Shown: positions 32,261 through 45,542 of the stretch, in pieces
How positions within the stretch are numbered: the first letter of the stretch is position 1
How the letters are laid out: each line of letters starts with the position of its first letter
NCBI GenBank assembly: GCA_973895155.1
Contig: OZ316893.1
Span: 4,260,490-4,324,489, forward strand
DNA from: Marsupella aquatica
Taxonomy: Eukaryota; Plantae; Marchantiophyta
DNA: 64,000 nt
Reading direction: 5' to 3'
The notes under the pieces: generated by a model
The model's database searches: none
Seen by the model: only the letters and a program-made list of their open reading frames with translations
Told to the model about the DNA's origin: nothing
Program-made: the position numbers and the translations under genes

Positions 32261-33020
32261 TTTGCATTACATTAAAAATACCCTTGCGTTGTTCGCACGT
32301 CCTCCCTGCATCAGTAACGCTGAGGGCCCAAGGGCAAATTATGGCCCGATCCGGGTTGGGCTGATTGGGGGCCCCAAGCGGTGATGATATTTGAGGTCCT
32401 AGGCATGAGCACTGGGTTGGCCCGAGCACAACGGGCTAAGGCACTCCGCTTGCGGACGCCTAATGAGAAAGTTATGGGCATTGTCAATTGGTGGCGCGCC
32501 CATATATGCGGGATAGGGTCTGGGTTGGGGTCCAAAATTTTGGGGACCAAAATTGGTCCGGGGGTGGCAGGTCTCCAGAAGCATATATGAGGGGAGTGGT
32601 GTCTCCTTGGGGGCTAAGGGCACGCCGAAGTCATGAGTCGCGAGGGTCACGACACTAAGGGAAAACGTCAAACGGAAACGACGATATCTTCCCAACGGGA
32701 AGTCCGTTGGAGGACTTCTTGGATGCGTTGGAAATCTCTCAAGGAGGGCTATATCCTCTTGAGCTTAGATGGGTCTGGGGGCGCCATAGGCTCTCAAGAT
32801 TTGCGGGTGTTATCTCATCCGCTTGCCAAATCCTACCGAAACAGTAGCCAAGCCGCGTTCAGTCTCCCAAGGGAGCTTGCGTTAGGGAGGCAAGGCCAAG
32901 TAGGCATGGAGGACCTTTTGAAGTCTCATGTACTGCTTCTCAAAAATAGGATTCTATGAAACATTGAATGCAATACCACTTGTATAAAAAGCTTTTGCCC
33001 AAAGCTTGTCCAAATATGCT

Positions 33021-33591
33021 CTAATTTAATAAGCATCCATAATTATTGGGTTGGAAAGATTTCCTGCTCTGGCCATATGTCTGAGTCGTATTTGACTCAT
33101 TCTTCATTTGAAAATGGTTTGACTCTTGTGTGGATGCTTGTGAATTGGAAGTTCCAATATCTGGCTTGCCACCCCTTATATCCTGCAAGATATGGGTTTC
33201 ATCCCTTCGTTTGTAGTTGATGTTTGGTGAAAGTTTGATGACATTGTACATTCTATTGATTTCATCCAACTCCACATGACCATAGAGGCCTAGGCATGGG
33301 TGGTGCATTCCCTTTGATGATGTTTCCCATCAAATGTGCTTTTGCTCGTGTTGCATAAAAAATACTATATGTTTTACAAAACTTGCATTTTTGATAGATA
33401 CGGTTCACATCATTAGATGTTAACAACGCATCACATTGTTCAAAATATTTCCACACCATAGAAAATTTTGCACCATGCTCCCGCAAATGATTTGCTCCAT
33501 GCCTAGGGATAGTGGAATGATATCCAGATTCACCAGACTCATTCTCATCGGAAGAAATCATTGTAAAGAATGATGTATATGTAGAATTCAA
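33021..33591 (-). pseudogene. BED zinc-finger fragment, probably the N-terminus of a hAT-type transposase
   Basis: VWKYFE...KCKFCK...ATRAKAHL; frameshifted continuation; flanked by GC-rich TE-like DNA (32320-32900, 33760-34220). Confidence 0.55.
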
Positions 33592-36035
33592 ACTCTGCAG
33601 TCTCTACCGTCAATAGAATGAGAGTGTCATCTCCTCTCCAACACACATTGACCATACATAAATAAAGTACAATAATTAATAAATATTTGTTGCATGTCAA
33701 AGATCATATAGCACATACCATGAAAACCCAACAACAAACACATTTCACAATATTTTCACCCTAAACCTCCCCCTCTCCCCAGACTCTCTCCCCACCCCGA
33801 TCCCTCCCGTCCTGGTCCTCCCTGGTCCTGATCTCCGTCCCAATCCCGCCCTTGCCCGGTCCTCCCGGGCCCAGGGCCCCGTCCCCCAACCTTCCCTACC
33901 CCCCCCCCCGCCCGACCCCGCCCCCCACTTCAGCCCCGATCCCCAAACCTTGACCCTAAACCGGGGGAGTCTAAGACTTGGCCAGTAGGTTTTAGGACCG
34001 GGCCGGGAAAGTTTTCGACCAGGCCGGGAGGGTTGGGACAGTGTGGGACTTGGCTGGGAGAGGTCGGGAGAATTCAAGACCGGGCCAGGTATGGGACGGG
34101 AATGTTTTGGTCCTGACCGAGGAATATAACGGAATATTGGACAAATAGGCCGTTTTTGGGCGGACAAGTTGTCATGTCATTTATTGTGTCGGACAAGGAC
34201 ACATCTTGTCCAACAGTGAAAACCTGACTTTGAGGTCTCTAAATGTACACTTTTCAACCCCAAAATGCAAACTATAGTAGAATACTCTATACCTACATAG
34301 TCAATTATAAATTTGAGGTGGCAAAAATGATCTTTACTAGTAGGTGCCTAGTCCTAATTCATTTACAAAGGATGAACATGGTGGTAGGTCTAATGGCCAT
34401 CACTTTTGCTTTTAGCCCAAATTACACTTTTTGAAAGCCAAATGTACATTTTATATTGCCCAAATATTCACAAATCAAATAAGAATTCACTTTTAATGAA
34501 TAGATTGGCGGTGTCTTGCCACTTGTACTACACCAAACATTGTGGGCCCTTGTGACATCACAAGACTTTTAAATCTACAACGCATTTAGGCTCTAAGCTA
34601 GCGGCACCCCGTACCCTGCCCATCACTGCTTTTGATGCAGCCTGCCCGTTCTTGCAATAGGATCTTGGTTTATGTTCTACCAGCCGGTTGTTGTCCATGT
34701 AAACCACTTTCCATCCTCCGTCTGTGCCTTTCAAAATTGGGTGGGAGCCTGATGCCAACTATACCCAACTCCACAACCCCTGCCAATGCCCTGCCCTGCA
34801 TTGCACTTGACAACTGAATCGCAAGCCCTTTCCTCCAGGTGCATAGCAGATGTGAGAATTTTGGTCAATGTCTAGATATTATTCCAAATAGTACAAGAAA
34901 TTATGTAATTCAAGTCAACACAAAAATATGGGATAGGGCTCAAATGGGTTGTGTGAATACATGGATAAGAGTCGGGCAAGAAATCTTTATTGTTGATGAT
35001 AAGAAAGAAGGAACAAATGTTGGAACAAAAGATGCCTATGGGAGGCAAATACAGAAAAAATGCAAAATTAAATAAAAAGAGAAAATAAATGGGAATTAAA
35101 AGCAAAATTAAGCCATTTTGCTTCCCTAAAGTCTCATAATCACACTCTATGCAAAAATCCAAAATGTTTGTCATGCCCCAAAAGATTATCCTTCCAACGT
35201 GAGTACTTTAATAGAAGAAAAATTAAAACACATCTTAGATGATATCATAATTACAAGAATGATCTCATGTAGTATGTATTCTACTATAAAAATAAGTATA
35301 TCACTTGACACTCCTGGTTAGGTCCCTCAAACATCAAAATATGATTATTGTTATTTTCTTTAGATCTGAGTGCACATAGTATATTGACACATTTTCAAGT
35401 GTGATTATGGGCAGGGCTCCTGATCTGACGGCTCAGGTTGATTCCAATGGAAATTTTTGGTCACATTGCCTATTATAAAAGTAGATACTACTCTCCTTCT
35501 GGAGATAAGTGACGTTTATATTGATTGTGAACACAAAGTCAGCTTCATAACTATGATACATATTCCTGAACTGCTCTTTGTTGTAGCTATCCAATATGTA
35601 AGAGTTATATTTACTCCCTCTTCAAACCTGAAACAACCACAGGAAAACCTACAGAGGTAGTCACAGAGGAAAACTACAGACATTTTGCAGAGCTGAATAT
35701 CGCAAATAACACTAAAGCTCACACTTACTGCACATAATTTCTTTCCGCCTTGTCAATGCACATAGACAAGTCACCTCCGTGCAAGTCATACAGCTCACCT
35801 TCTCCACGGATGTCAAGCCTAACTAGGCAGCAAAATGCCAAGCGCTTTTGGCATCCATGACTATGTCATGTGACTTGATGGTCAATGTCGGACATTACGG
35901 TTTTTTTGTGCTCCTCTGTTAATATGTACATACAAGAAGGCAAAAGTCAGAACCAAAAGATAGCACACAGACTTCAAACAGCAAGACAATGCAGAGACTC
36001 AAAACATACAACATCATGATTTAAAACCGTGCATG

Positions 36036-36168
36036 AAATCTACGTCAGCCGTACAACCAGAATATAAACCAAGATACATGTCGTTCAAATCACTTGGTTT
36101 GTAGATCATAAACATAGTGTATTGGTTTATGTTCTGGTCTATGGCCCGCATTAACTTGACGTAGATTT
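36036..36168. repeat. Small fold-back (MITE-like) inverted repeat
   Basis: AAATCTACGTCA/TGACGTAGATTT outer arms and ACCAGAATATAAACCAA/TTGGTTTATGTTCTGGT inner arms. Confidence 0.55.
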
Positions 36169-36472
36169 AACACTTATTAGGGCCTTCAAAACCATTTGAG
36201 TTTTCAAGAAAGCTGGATATATGAGAGTTAATATTGAAATCTTTTGGCATAATATTACTAGAACCCTTCAAAGACCTCAAGATCATTTCGGGGTCTCAAA
36301 TCTAGGTAAATCCATTCATTTGGTTCATTAATAAATGAGGATGATGGGTAGATATTACTGACTGAATTTCTTCACAGTCGAGTGAAGCAGTTGCTGAGGC
36401 AACTCGTCCACCTTCACAAGTGGCAATCACCAAACTTGACACTCATATCCCAGGCATCCCTTTATACAATCC

Positions 36473-39400
36473 ATGATCAGCCTTCCTCACAGCCCACCTA
36501 TCTTGTGCGCAGACGGTAGCTTCTCCAATCCTCGCCTGCTTTCTCTAAAGTAGGAATGATCAGGTATGTCTCAAGCCCAGCAGGCTTACCTCGAGTGACG
36601 GTAGCGCACATTCAACTTCACCGACATCAGGATCAACCAGAGTTGATAATATATTCATAGAAACTGCTTCCCTAGATGCCTCTAAAATCCGAAAGATCAA
36701 ACTCCCCATCATTACACAAGTCATCGAGATGAAGCATCTCAGAATCGACATCAGAATAAACATCAGGGACAGCTTCGTCACATGACTCTCCTTCCATCTT
36801 CACAACATGGTGTGCTACCTCTGTTACAAGTCCAAAAGACACCAGCTGCTCTCCGAGTGATTCCATCTCTTGCAAACTGCTCGATTTTGAGAATTATAAA
36901 CTTGGGATCAAATTTCCTCAATGGAAACAGACCTCCTGGGGTTAGGTACATTGTCCGGTCTTGAAGCTCTGGGATTGCATATATATTCTCTTTCCGGCAA
37001 CTTCCCTCGTGAGCTGGGGAATTGCTCCTCGCTTCGTCACCTCGATGTTTGGACTAATTACCTTCTTGGCCCAGTGCTCCCTCAAGAGCTCCTCCAGCTG
37101 AAACTACAAGAACTGCAAGCTAGCGAGTGCAGCTTTGGTGGATCTATTCCTATGTGGATATTTGTCCTTGTCTTACAATCGCTTCGAAGAAGAAATACAG
37201 GACACTATAGGACAACTTAAGCTCTTAACTATGGTCCACCTGGACTAGGAATGTGCTCCGTTAGTAATTGCACATTCCTAGTCCAAATGTCAACGGAGAC
37301 TAACCTAGTTGAAGGTCACATCCCGCAGGATGTAGGCCTGCTAGCGAACCTGAAAGTGCTGAGTTTTCGCTGAAAATAACATGATTGAAAATAACATGAC
37401 TGGTGTCAAATGTTCCTTCATCTCTCGATAACTGTTCGGCCCTAGTTTGATCTTGAACTAGGGCTGAACTTCGGGATGGACCCCCAGCCTTTGCCATCGT
37501 GGATAGGATCCCTCACAGATTTACAAATTCTCTTTTTTGCTGCCATGAATCTGCAGGGTGAATTTCCGGAATTCATAGGGAATCCCTCCAATCTTCAGCA
37601 GCTTTATTTGTACGGGAACAATCTCTATGGAGCTCGTCCAACTACCTTGAAATATTGCGCCATGCTGAACATACTTGAAACACAGCGCAACAATCTCATT
37701 GATAACATCTCGTCAGAGTTGGGGCTACTCAGTTATGTTATTGACTTCCGCGCTGATTACAAGTTCGTAGGTCCCTTTCCACCCTTCTTTGCCAGCTGGA
37801 GTCAACTGGTTATTTTTGACGTGGTACAAAATCTCCTCAGCGGGATTCTAGAAGCTAGTCCCAGCCGCAATTGGAGACTTAAACCAATTGATTTCCATTG
37901 GTGCTGGTCAGAATGATTTTGCAGGCCCCATGCATTCCGAAGACATTCGGTAATTCTTCTAGTACAACTGAATTGGATTTAGATGGCAATCACCTTAGTG
38001 GAGAAATTCCAAGTTCGTTGCTGATCGAACATCATCAGTTTACAGACGTTGGTCCTTCAAGAAAACTGCCTACAGGGAAAAATCCCGGTGGACATCCTCA
38101 AGTTTGGTCGTCAATTCCGTTTGCTAACTTTGAGTCAGAATCTGCTAGAGGGTAGCATTCCTTCCGAGCTTGGTGAGTTATCTGGATTGACATATTTAGA
38201 TTTCAGCAACAATTACTTTAGTGGGGTTATTTCTAGCTCTCTTGGAAACTATTCCAATCTGAATCTGCTCGATCTTTCCCACAACCACTTTAGGGGAATA
38301 TTCCAGCTTTGGCAATCATGGCGATGTCTACCTCGCTCAGATCTTTGAGCCTTTCACACAATTTCCTTTCAGGGATTTGGCCTAGCTCAGAGTTTAGCAA
38401 GTTGGTCACTATTCAAACCATCAATGTCTCTGGGTCTATTCCTCTCGGGCTTGGGGAATGCTTATCTCTACAAAGCTTAGATATCTCCATGAATCGCTTC
38501 ACAGCAGAAATCCCGCAATCCCGCAGGACCTTGGATTGCTTCCCAAGCTCAAATTTTTCAATGCTTCGTTTAATGCGTTTGAAGGACCTATCCCTCAAAT
38601 GGGGCTCTTCAACAGCAACGGCATCAGTAGAGATTCGTTCTTGGGAAATCCTACTGTATGCGGTCCTGCCGATATCATCGGACCAGACCATCAAGAGTGT
38701 GCCGTGGCGCCGAGGAACGACAGCAGCCGGGCAAGTTGTGGAGGTTTCAAATGCACAAATGTGTGGGTACCTGTTACGACGGCCATCATCGCTTCAATAA
38801 CGCTCCTAGTTGTTCTCACTGTCACCTAGATCAAGTTGCGCTGGACTCTTCCCAAAGGTTCGACAACAATTGATGAGGACAAAGAGGTCATTCTCTATTT
38901 TGCGACTCACGTCATATTCACGGAAAGCGACGTGTTGCGAACAATCAATGATCTGGACAACGATAACCTCATTGGAGGAGGAGGCCCAAGCCTTGCTTTC
39001 AAGGGCAATAGAATTCAAGGGTGTAGAATTTGCTCTGAAGAAGCTTCTCGATCCTGCTTGCAAAAGAGCAAGGGACGTTGCTAGCAACCACCAAGCGAGG
39101 GACCCAGCCAAGGAATTAAGCAGAAGCGGCTAACTTCCGACATAGGAACATACTCAAGTGTGGCATTCTACTCCAAGCCGCACCTGTACGTTCTTTTTCT
39201 GGAGTACTTGTGTGAAGGAAATTCACAGGAACATCTTCACGAAGGGAAAGGATGTAAGCTTCATGGGAAACTAGACTCAAAGTAGCGATGGGCGTGGCTC
39301 AAGGACTGGTCTATCTCCACCACAATTTCCCTGAGCCAATCATTCACAGAGATTTGAAGCCGAGCAATATCCTTCTGGATGCAGATTTTGAGCCCATAAT

Positions 39401-40157
39401 TAGTGACTTTGGTGTCTCTAAGTTTGTCGATGGAGTAGGAGATGGACCCGTGACAGTAACAACACTCTGTGGAACGATTGGTTAATTACATGCCACCAGG
39501 TGAGAAATTTCACATTGAATATGCTCGAGTTCATGTAGATAGTATTGCATTGAGTCATTCGAACTAGTAACTATATACATCATGGTAGATTTTAAGTTTA
39601 TTTCATAATGTTTTAACTCTATCCTAGATTTTAATTAAGTAATTTAATTCGGAGCATGATCCGGACGGTGCAAGATACTTATTCATGGCGTTTCGAATGT
39701 CCTCCAGAATACGCAAGTTTTCCATTGGTCTCCACTAAAGGAGATGTTTATAGCTATGGGATGGTTCGTCTTGAGCTCCTTACGGGAAGGTAACCTTCAT
39801 CAATGACAGACTTAAAATGGGATGATGGCGTAGACCGCAGAACTAGGATGATTTTGATGAGAAGCCCTTCGAGTTTCTCGATCCACACCTTATCGAGGAG
39901 TGTAGTTTGGACGTAAAGGCCATGGAACAGATTATGTTGCTTTAAGTGTTAGCCTTTTCTGCACAAGATTGGTGCCCCGAAGCCGTCCTTCCATGATTGA
40001 AGTCGTGGGAATGCTAACTTCCATCGTAAGTATTGGAGCAGAATCTATCAATAGGAGAACTGTAGAGGGCCTTGCAAATGACATGGATCCTACGACTGGG
40101 TCATGTGAGGGCCCAGCAGGAGAGGGATCTCAGTTCGGCTCATCTGGCTCCAGATAA
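36473..40157 (+). pseudogene. LRR receptor-like kinase pseudogene
   Basis: Many plant LRRs (LSGNFPRELGNCSSL, LEGSIPSELGELSGL), FLGNPTVCG, TM segment, kinase [14 protein letters not shown]...SDFG...CGTIG; numerous frameshifts and stops; intron ~39500-39707. Confidence 0.9.
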
Positions 40158-43100
40158 GCAATGATCATCACCTGGCGAAGAAGACTTTGAAGCCTGGTTT
40201 CTCTTGATGTTAAAATCTCGTAGTGTTGTTTACATATTAATTACTCCAAAATCATTGCGGAGCGATGACCTTGAGTAGTAATATTAGTGAGCTTGTGCCG
40301 CGTTTATCTGTCGTAGAAGAATAACTCAGGCTGTGTAGATCAAATACCTGAACGCCTATGCTCACTCCCACATTTCCTTTCTGATGCCCTTCTGGTCCTC
40401 AGCTCCACGTTCTAATATATTTATGTGCATGGTCCCAGACAACCAACGATCAGTGTTTAAAATTGCCACTCCCGCCCTGTGGAGGTTAACGTCGTGGAGT
40501 AATGAGTCATAGAGTGATGTGTCAAAGCCACAGTGGCTAAGGAGCCCTCTCGGAGGGTACTTCCCAGCCTAGCCTAAAATGACCGTAGGCGTAGCTACAG
40601 TCACTAGATTGCCACTGGATCCAGTGATCACAGTCACAGTCACTAGCTCCGACAAGAAACGGGTGCTTTGGGTGCCCTTTCGGGTCGATCAAATGGTGCA
40701 GAAAAACTAGTCGATCTGCAATGGAACTCCCAGCATCGCTCCCCACCAAGAGTGGAATACATTAACAGAACATGGGAGAAAAACGGTGGGATTGTATGTT
40801 ATAGTGTGTAGAGAGATAGAATACACCATGACAAGCACGTGTGACTCATAACTAGTAAAGCATAACTTGAGACCATGGAGCAGCACTCATTATTGTCACA
40901 CCAAAGCTGAGACTGTGGCAGAGGCTATGTGCAGATTCTGGGTCCAAGCTCTTCCACACAATTATGAAGAAAGCCTTACTTACTGGTTAATACTAATTAT
41001 ACTTCCTCGTTACTTGTTCCCACGAGGATTCTTTCAAACAGTTGTTTTGATAGTAGCAGCTACGTACTCACTGTAGATTGCTCACTCCAGACTGCTTAGA
41101 TCATTGCATCCTACCTGCTTTGTAAAACACTTGTAGCAAGGGCGGCACAGCCATCATCAGTGGATTGAGAACTATGAGGTGGAATGGCTGCATGACGAGA
41201 GGTTGCTGTGAGTGTTATGATATTGCCCTGGTTAATCTCCTGAACGTTAGCCCTGGCTGCAGTACAATCGTCAAGCTCGGCCATTGGTTCTTTCCCGTTC
41301 TTGGGATGGGAGAAAAAGACTCTTACGCGAGGCTGCTTGCGCGCTATTATACCTCTTCTTCCCTGCTGCAGGTGCCTGCCCTGCAGCGGGCTTCCCTGTG
41401 GTTGGTTTGTCAGTCACTCTCACTACTCTTTTGTTATTGTTGGCATTTTGTTGCCTTGGATAGTGTCCAATGTTACAGAAAATAAACGTTTCCACATTCA
41501 GAATCTAACTAAGGAAACACAATCATAATTTTAGCTAGCTGCATGGCTCACATTTTTGAGGCACGTTGCCATGGGACAGAGAAAATAGACGAAGGCGTTG
41601 GTAGGAGAGATAAATTCACGACACGTTTGGGGGGCTGAACCAAGGGACCAAACGGTGAAAGGTGAATGGGCTCTTTTAAGTGAGTGATTCTAACGTTACA
41701 CTGAAATTTCAGCGTTTTTTTCTGTCACAAGGGATTGAGGAATTATAGTTATTGTTGCAATTATAAGACTAAAATCTCATTCATCTAGTTAAATTGATGT
41801 GAAGCCGCTTGCTTCCATTGCTTCAGAGTATGGTGCCAGGGCATTACTTGAATTTCTCACAATTTTATTCCGAAATGACGTCGCTATCTCTGAGCTCATG
41901 AATTGTATAGCACTGTTTAACCTCAGCACTGCCATCTTGTCACGACTGCTATAACCTGTACTACACGATTCCGCATTATTATAAGTCGAGAGACTAGTCT
42001 GGATCGAAGACAGTCATTCCTGGTGCCCTGGTCTGAAAGGGGGAAGAATAAATGAAAGAACTTGGAAAACCAAAGTTAGAGCCAAAATGCCCAAGAGTCC
42101 AAACTGTCAAAAGAACTAAAGGACTACCGAGTCACAAACCGAAAGCCTGGTAGAGCTGCCTGGTAGAGCTCCGGGATAAACTGCACAGGGAGATTTGACT
42201 AGGTGCGCTAAAACCAGCGACTTCGCCCGGCGGGAAATGCCTGAGCCCATAGCAACGGAGACTCTGCTCAAGGAAGCCAGTGAGGACCGAAACTGGGCGT
42301 ATGGCCGTCACTCGACAAAAACAACTGCACAGGCCCGGAGAAAACTGTCAGAACTAACATTCAATGATGTCACCTGTAATTAAAGCGGATCTATCTGCAC
42401 AATGAAATGAGGTGGAATGTTTGAAGGGAGTGGCTGGACAAATTGATCGATCCGACATTAAGTCTTGCTTTATGGCCGAGCAGTGGTCCCCATCAGGAAC
42501 CACCCAACTGACGACGCCCAATACCGCTCCCAGCAAGTCATCTCTCTCTTTTGTGAGTCCATGCATCATCATTCTTTGCATTTGGGACCGCTGTACGATT
42601 CATGAGGAACCCGCCTCCTAGCTAGTCGATCGAAGCTGTCCCATCGTCACGTGGAAGCTGGGCCTAACACGTCGCGTGATTACCTGCTATGCAACAGGAA
42701 AGGGCAGGAAGATCCTGAAAAATGGATAATGTTTTGGAATCCTATAACATTCAATAATCCTATTGTCCGCTTGGAAGAACAAGGCGGCTTGGATTCAGCA
42801 GCATTGCTATTCGCGTGATTTTCGGATGATCGGTCGAGAGCTATCAGTGCAGGGTACATGGCAATGAGTTTATCGGTTAATTCCATTATTTAATGCGTCA
42901 AACGAGGCTTGGATGTTTGTTTGAGCTGGAAAGAGTACTTAGTCCTGATGGTAAGTGGCATACTACTTACGTTAATTATGCTTAGTTTCAATCGTGGATA
43001 TGAAGTAACAGGGATGGTGGTAGCTTCGTCAAGACAGGCTACTGTAGCTGTAGAACTGCGTGTTTGACCTGAACATGTTCAGCATGTTTGAACTGAGCCG

Positions 43101-45128
43101 CAACAAGGTTTGCAGAAGATGCTCGCCTATTTTTAAGTGAGTTTTTGAGAATAATTCTACGAATGTGTCAATTGGTCAAATTTAGGACGATGTAGCATTT
43201 GATGGATTCACTGACGTAGTTTTAAATTTGTGGGTTTGCCGTCACAAGATTTCTCATCGATTTCGGTGTCAGTTACGAGTTTTCAAGGTAGCCAACCGAT
43301 GTTGGATCTGTTTCGACAGACCAGTCTTAAGCATCGACCAGTCTAAACATCGATCGTACAGTGTCAACATCTGAAACTTGCAAAGTTGCAAGGTAGGGAT
43401 GGCAATGTGTACATTGTGAGGATAAGCAACTGTGCATGGTTGTTGGTCCAACTTATCAGCCCGTTTAAGAGCCAAGAAGGTCGGGACAGATCCCATAGAC
43501 AATGCCAACGACTAGTAACAAGTTTGTAGGTCTGAAGCGAGGTCTGAAATCACTTATGTTACAACGAGCATTGGGGGGAAGGGGGGAGGGGGCGAGGAGG
43601 GTGCAGATAGCCCGTCAGAACTCAGAGCCCATTCCGGACGATTAATCAGTTGGATGTCCTCAAGAGTTCTGACCAGGCAAACAGCGCCATTTTGAAAGCC
43701 AGAACGTGATTGCAACTGACTGTGTAGGAAATATGTTTATAGCTGCTTAAGATTCAACTGGGCATTAACTACGCTCTGACTGTTTCTTTAATTGTCCGAC
43801 CAATCGATGATTTCAACTCGATCAAAGCTCTGACCAATTATACAGGGCTTCTACTGTACAGCACAGATGTATTCTCCTGACAGGACAAAGCATACAGCTC
43901 CATGAAACTGTTCAGAAACGCTCTGTGGATCAACAATTTACTTTGTTCAGCATGTGTACAAAGCTGACAGCTTTGTCCAATTGCCTTCAAAAGGATATAT
44001 GTGCTCGAGTTAATCACCTTACTTGATCTGTTGAAAATTGTAAACAAGAGCTGGCTACAAAGTAACTGAGTAGCTATATTAGCTCAGGACGGTAAAAGGT
44101 GTCTGAGGCAAAAGGGCCTAGCTTGTCGAGGTTTGAGAACCTTAGTGCACGATAAGTGGAGCTTTGAACTGTAAACTTTGTGCACGGCGCTCAAGCTAGT
44201 GTGTGATAATTATGTAATGGAATGGTGGTCGATCTGTGTAGTATGTGCATATGGTACTAGCTAGGAGAATAGCACTTGGACTACTCCAGATTCCAAATAG
44301 GTCACCGCCAAGATGGGCTCTTAGTGCTTTAGCTAAGTGCATGATGTCCATCCTCGTCGCGGCCGCCACATTAAAGGAATCTATGCAAGCCGTTGGCACC
44401 AGATTTCTGGCAAGAACATGGAACGTGAGTCTGCTGTACAGTAGGAATCGCTAGACATTGCTCGGAATTGAAGAACCCGGCCCCACTCCATCATTGAATC
44501 GTACTGATTGCCACGCGCATGATGCACTCTCACAGAAACGAGGACTGTGGAGCTAGAACATCATTCCTTCAGTATCTAGAAGCTAACACCGCACATTCAA
44601 GGTTTTCATGTGCACAACCGAAAAAGTACCTAGGCGCGTTTCGTCCGATCGATGCGTACTCTGTAGTAGTCACGACTTTACCGTAGTCCTGTCGCCCACT
44701 TGTTCCCTTTGGCATTGATCGGCTCTCACACAGTACTTCTATGCAAGCTTTAAGTGGGAAATGAATATTGTGTACGTAGGACTCCGGCTTACTACCGTAG
44801 TTTGTTAGCTGGCATTCGGGGCAAGGAAAGGCCACCATTGTAAATATTCGCCCAATCAGTACCGGAACGTAGCACAATCTGACAGAGATTGAGATTTCTA
44901 TTGTCTCTGACGAATCGGCCGGCACCATCACTTGATTTTTCTAGATCTTCCACCGACCGTGTACCTAAAGTTCTCTCACCACCTCGCCATTGTCTTGTAC
45001 GACTCACTGGTAGATCTGTTGAGGATTCCTCGACATCGAACAGGTCATAGAGGCCGAGCAGAAATAGGCCGTGAGGCAGAAAGGCAGACAACCAGATAGT
45101 GAGACGGACTCGGCGTGGTGCACTGATC

Positions 45129-45542
45129 ATGGAAGGAATTCTCCCGTTTACATGGATAGGAGCGAAAAAGCGCCGCCTCCATCCGAAGTATCAGCAAACC
45201 GAATTGCGAGGCGGCAATAGCTATATCCCGAGGAGGAGAAAGACTATTGGCAAAACTTCGAGGACGAGGAAGAGATCACGGGGCCTCAGGATGTCAAAAC
45301 TGCGCTTCTCCATGCTCTCGCCACTGGGCCTACTGAGAAGGCTGAGAAATTTGTATGTCCGCCTCACTGCCAAACTATCCCCTTGTACTTCTCCTACTGG
45401 CGCTTCGAGATCGAGATCAAAAGCTGAAGGTGAGAATGGTCCTGGAGCTGCAACGGTCATGACTGAGGGTGATCTTATCTGGATGGAATATTTTAACAGA
45501 GACAACGGCCTCAGTGCCATGTCCCGCTTCACGATGTGGTAG
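45129..45542 (+). CDS. Small basic uncharacterised plant protein (single exon)
   Basis: ATG-initiated 137-aa ORF; ELRGG, Arg-rich tract and SPLGLLRRLRNLYVRL resemble a conserved small plant family. Confidence 0.55.
   Translation: MEGILPFTWIGAKKRRLHPKYQQTELRGGNSYIPRRRKTIGKTSRTRKRSRGLRMSKLRFSMLSPLGLLRRLRNLYVRLTAKLSPCTSPTGASRSRSKAEGENGPGAATVMTEGDLIWMEYFNRDNGLSAMSRFTMW

Noticed and set aside
40200-45000. Scattered 60-120-aa ORFs
   Set aside because: No domain motifs or consistent splice structure; treated as intergenic.
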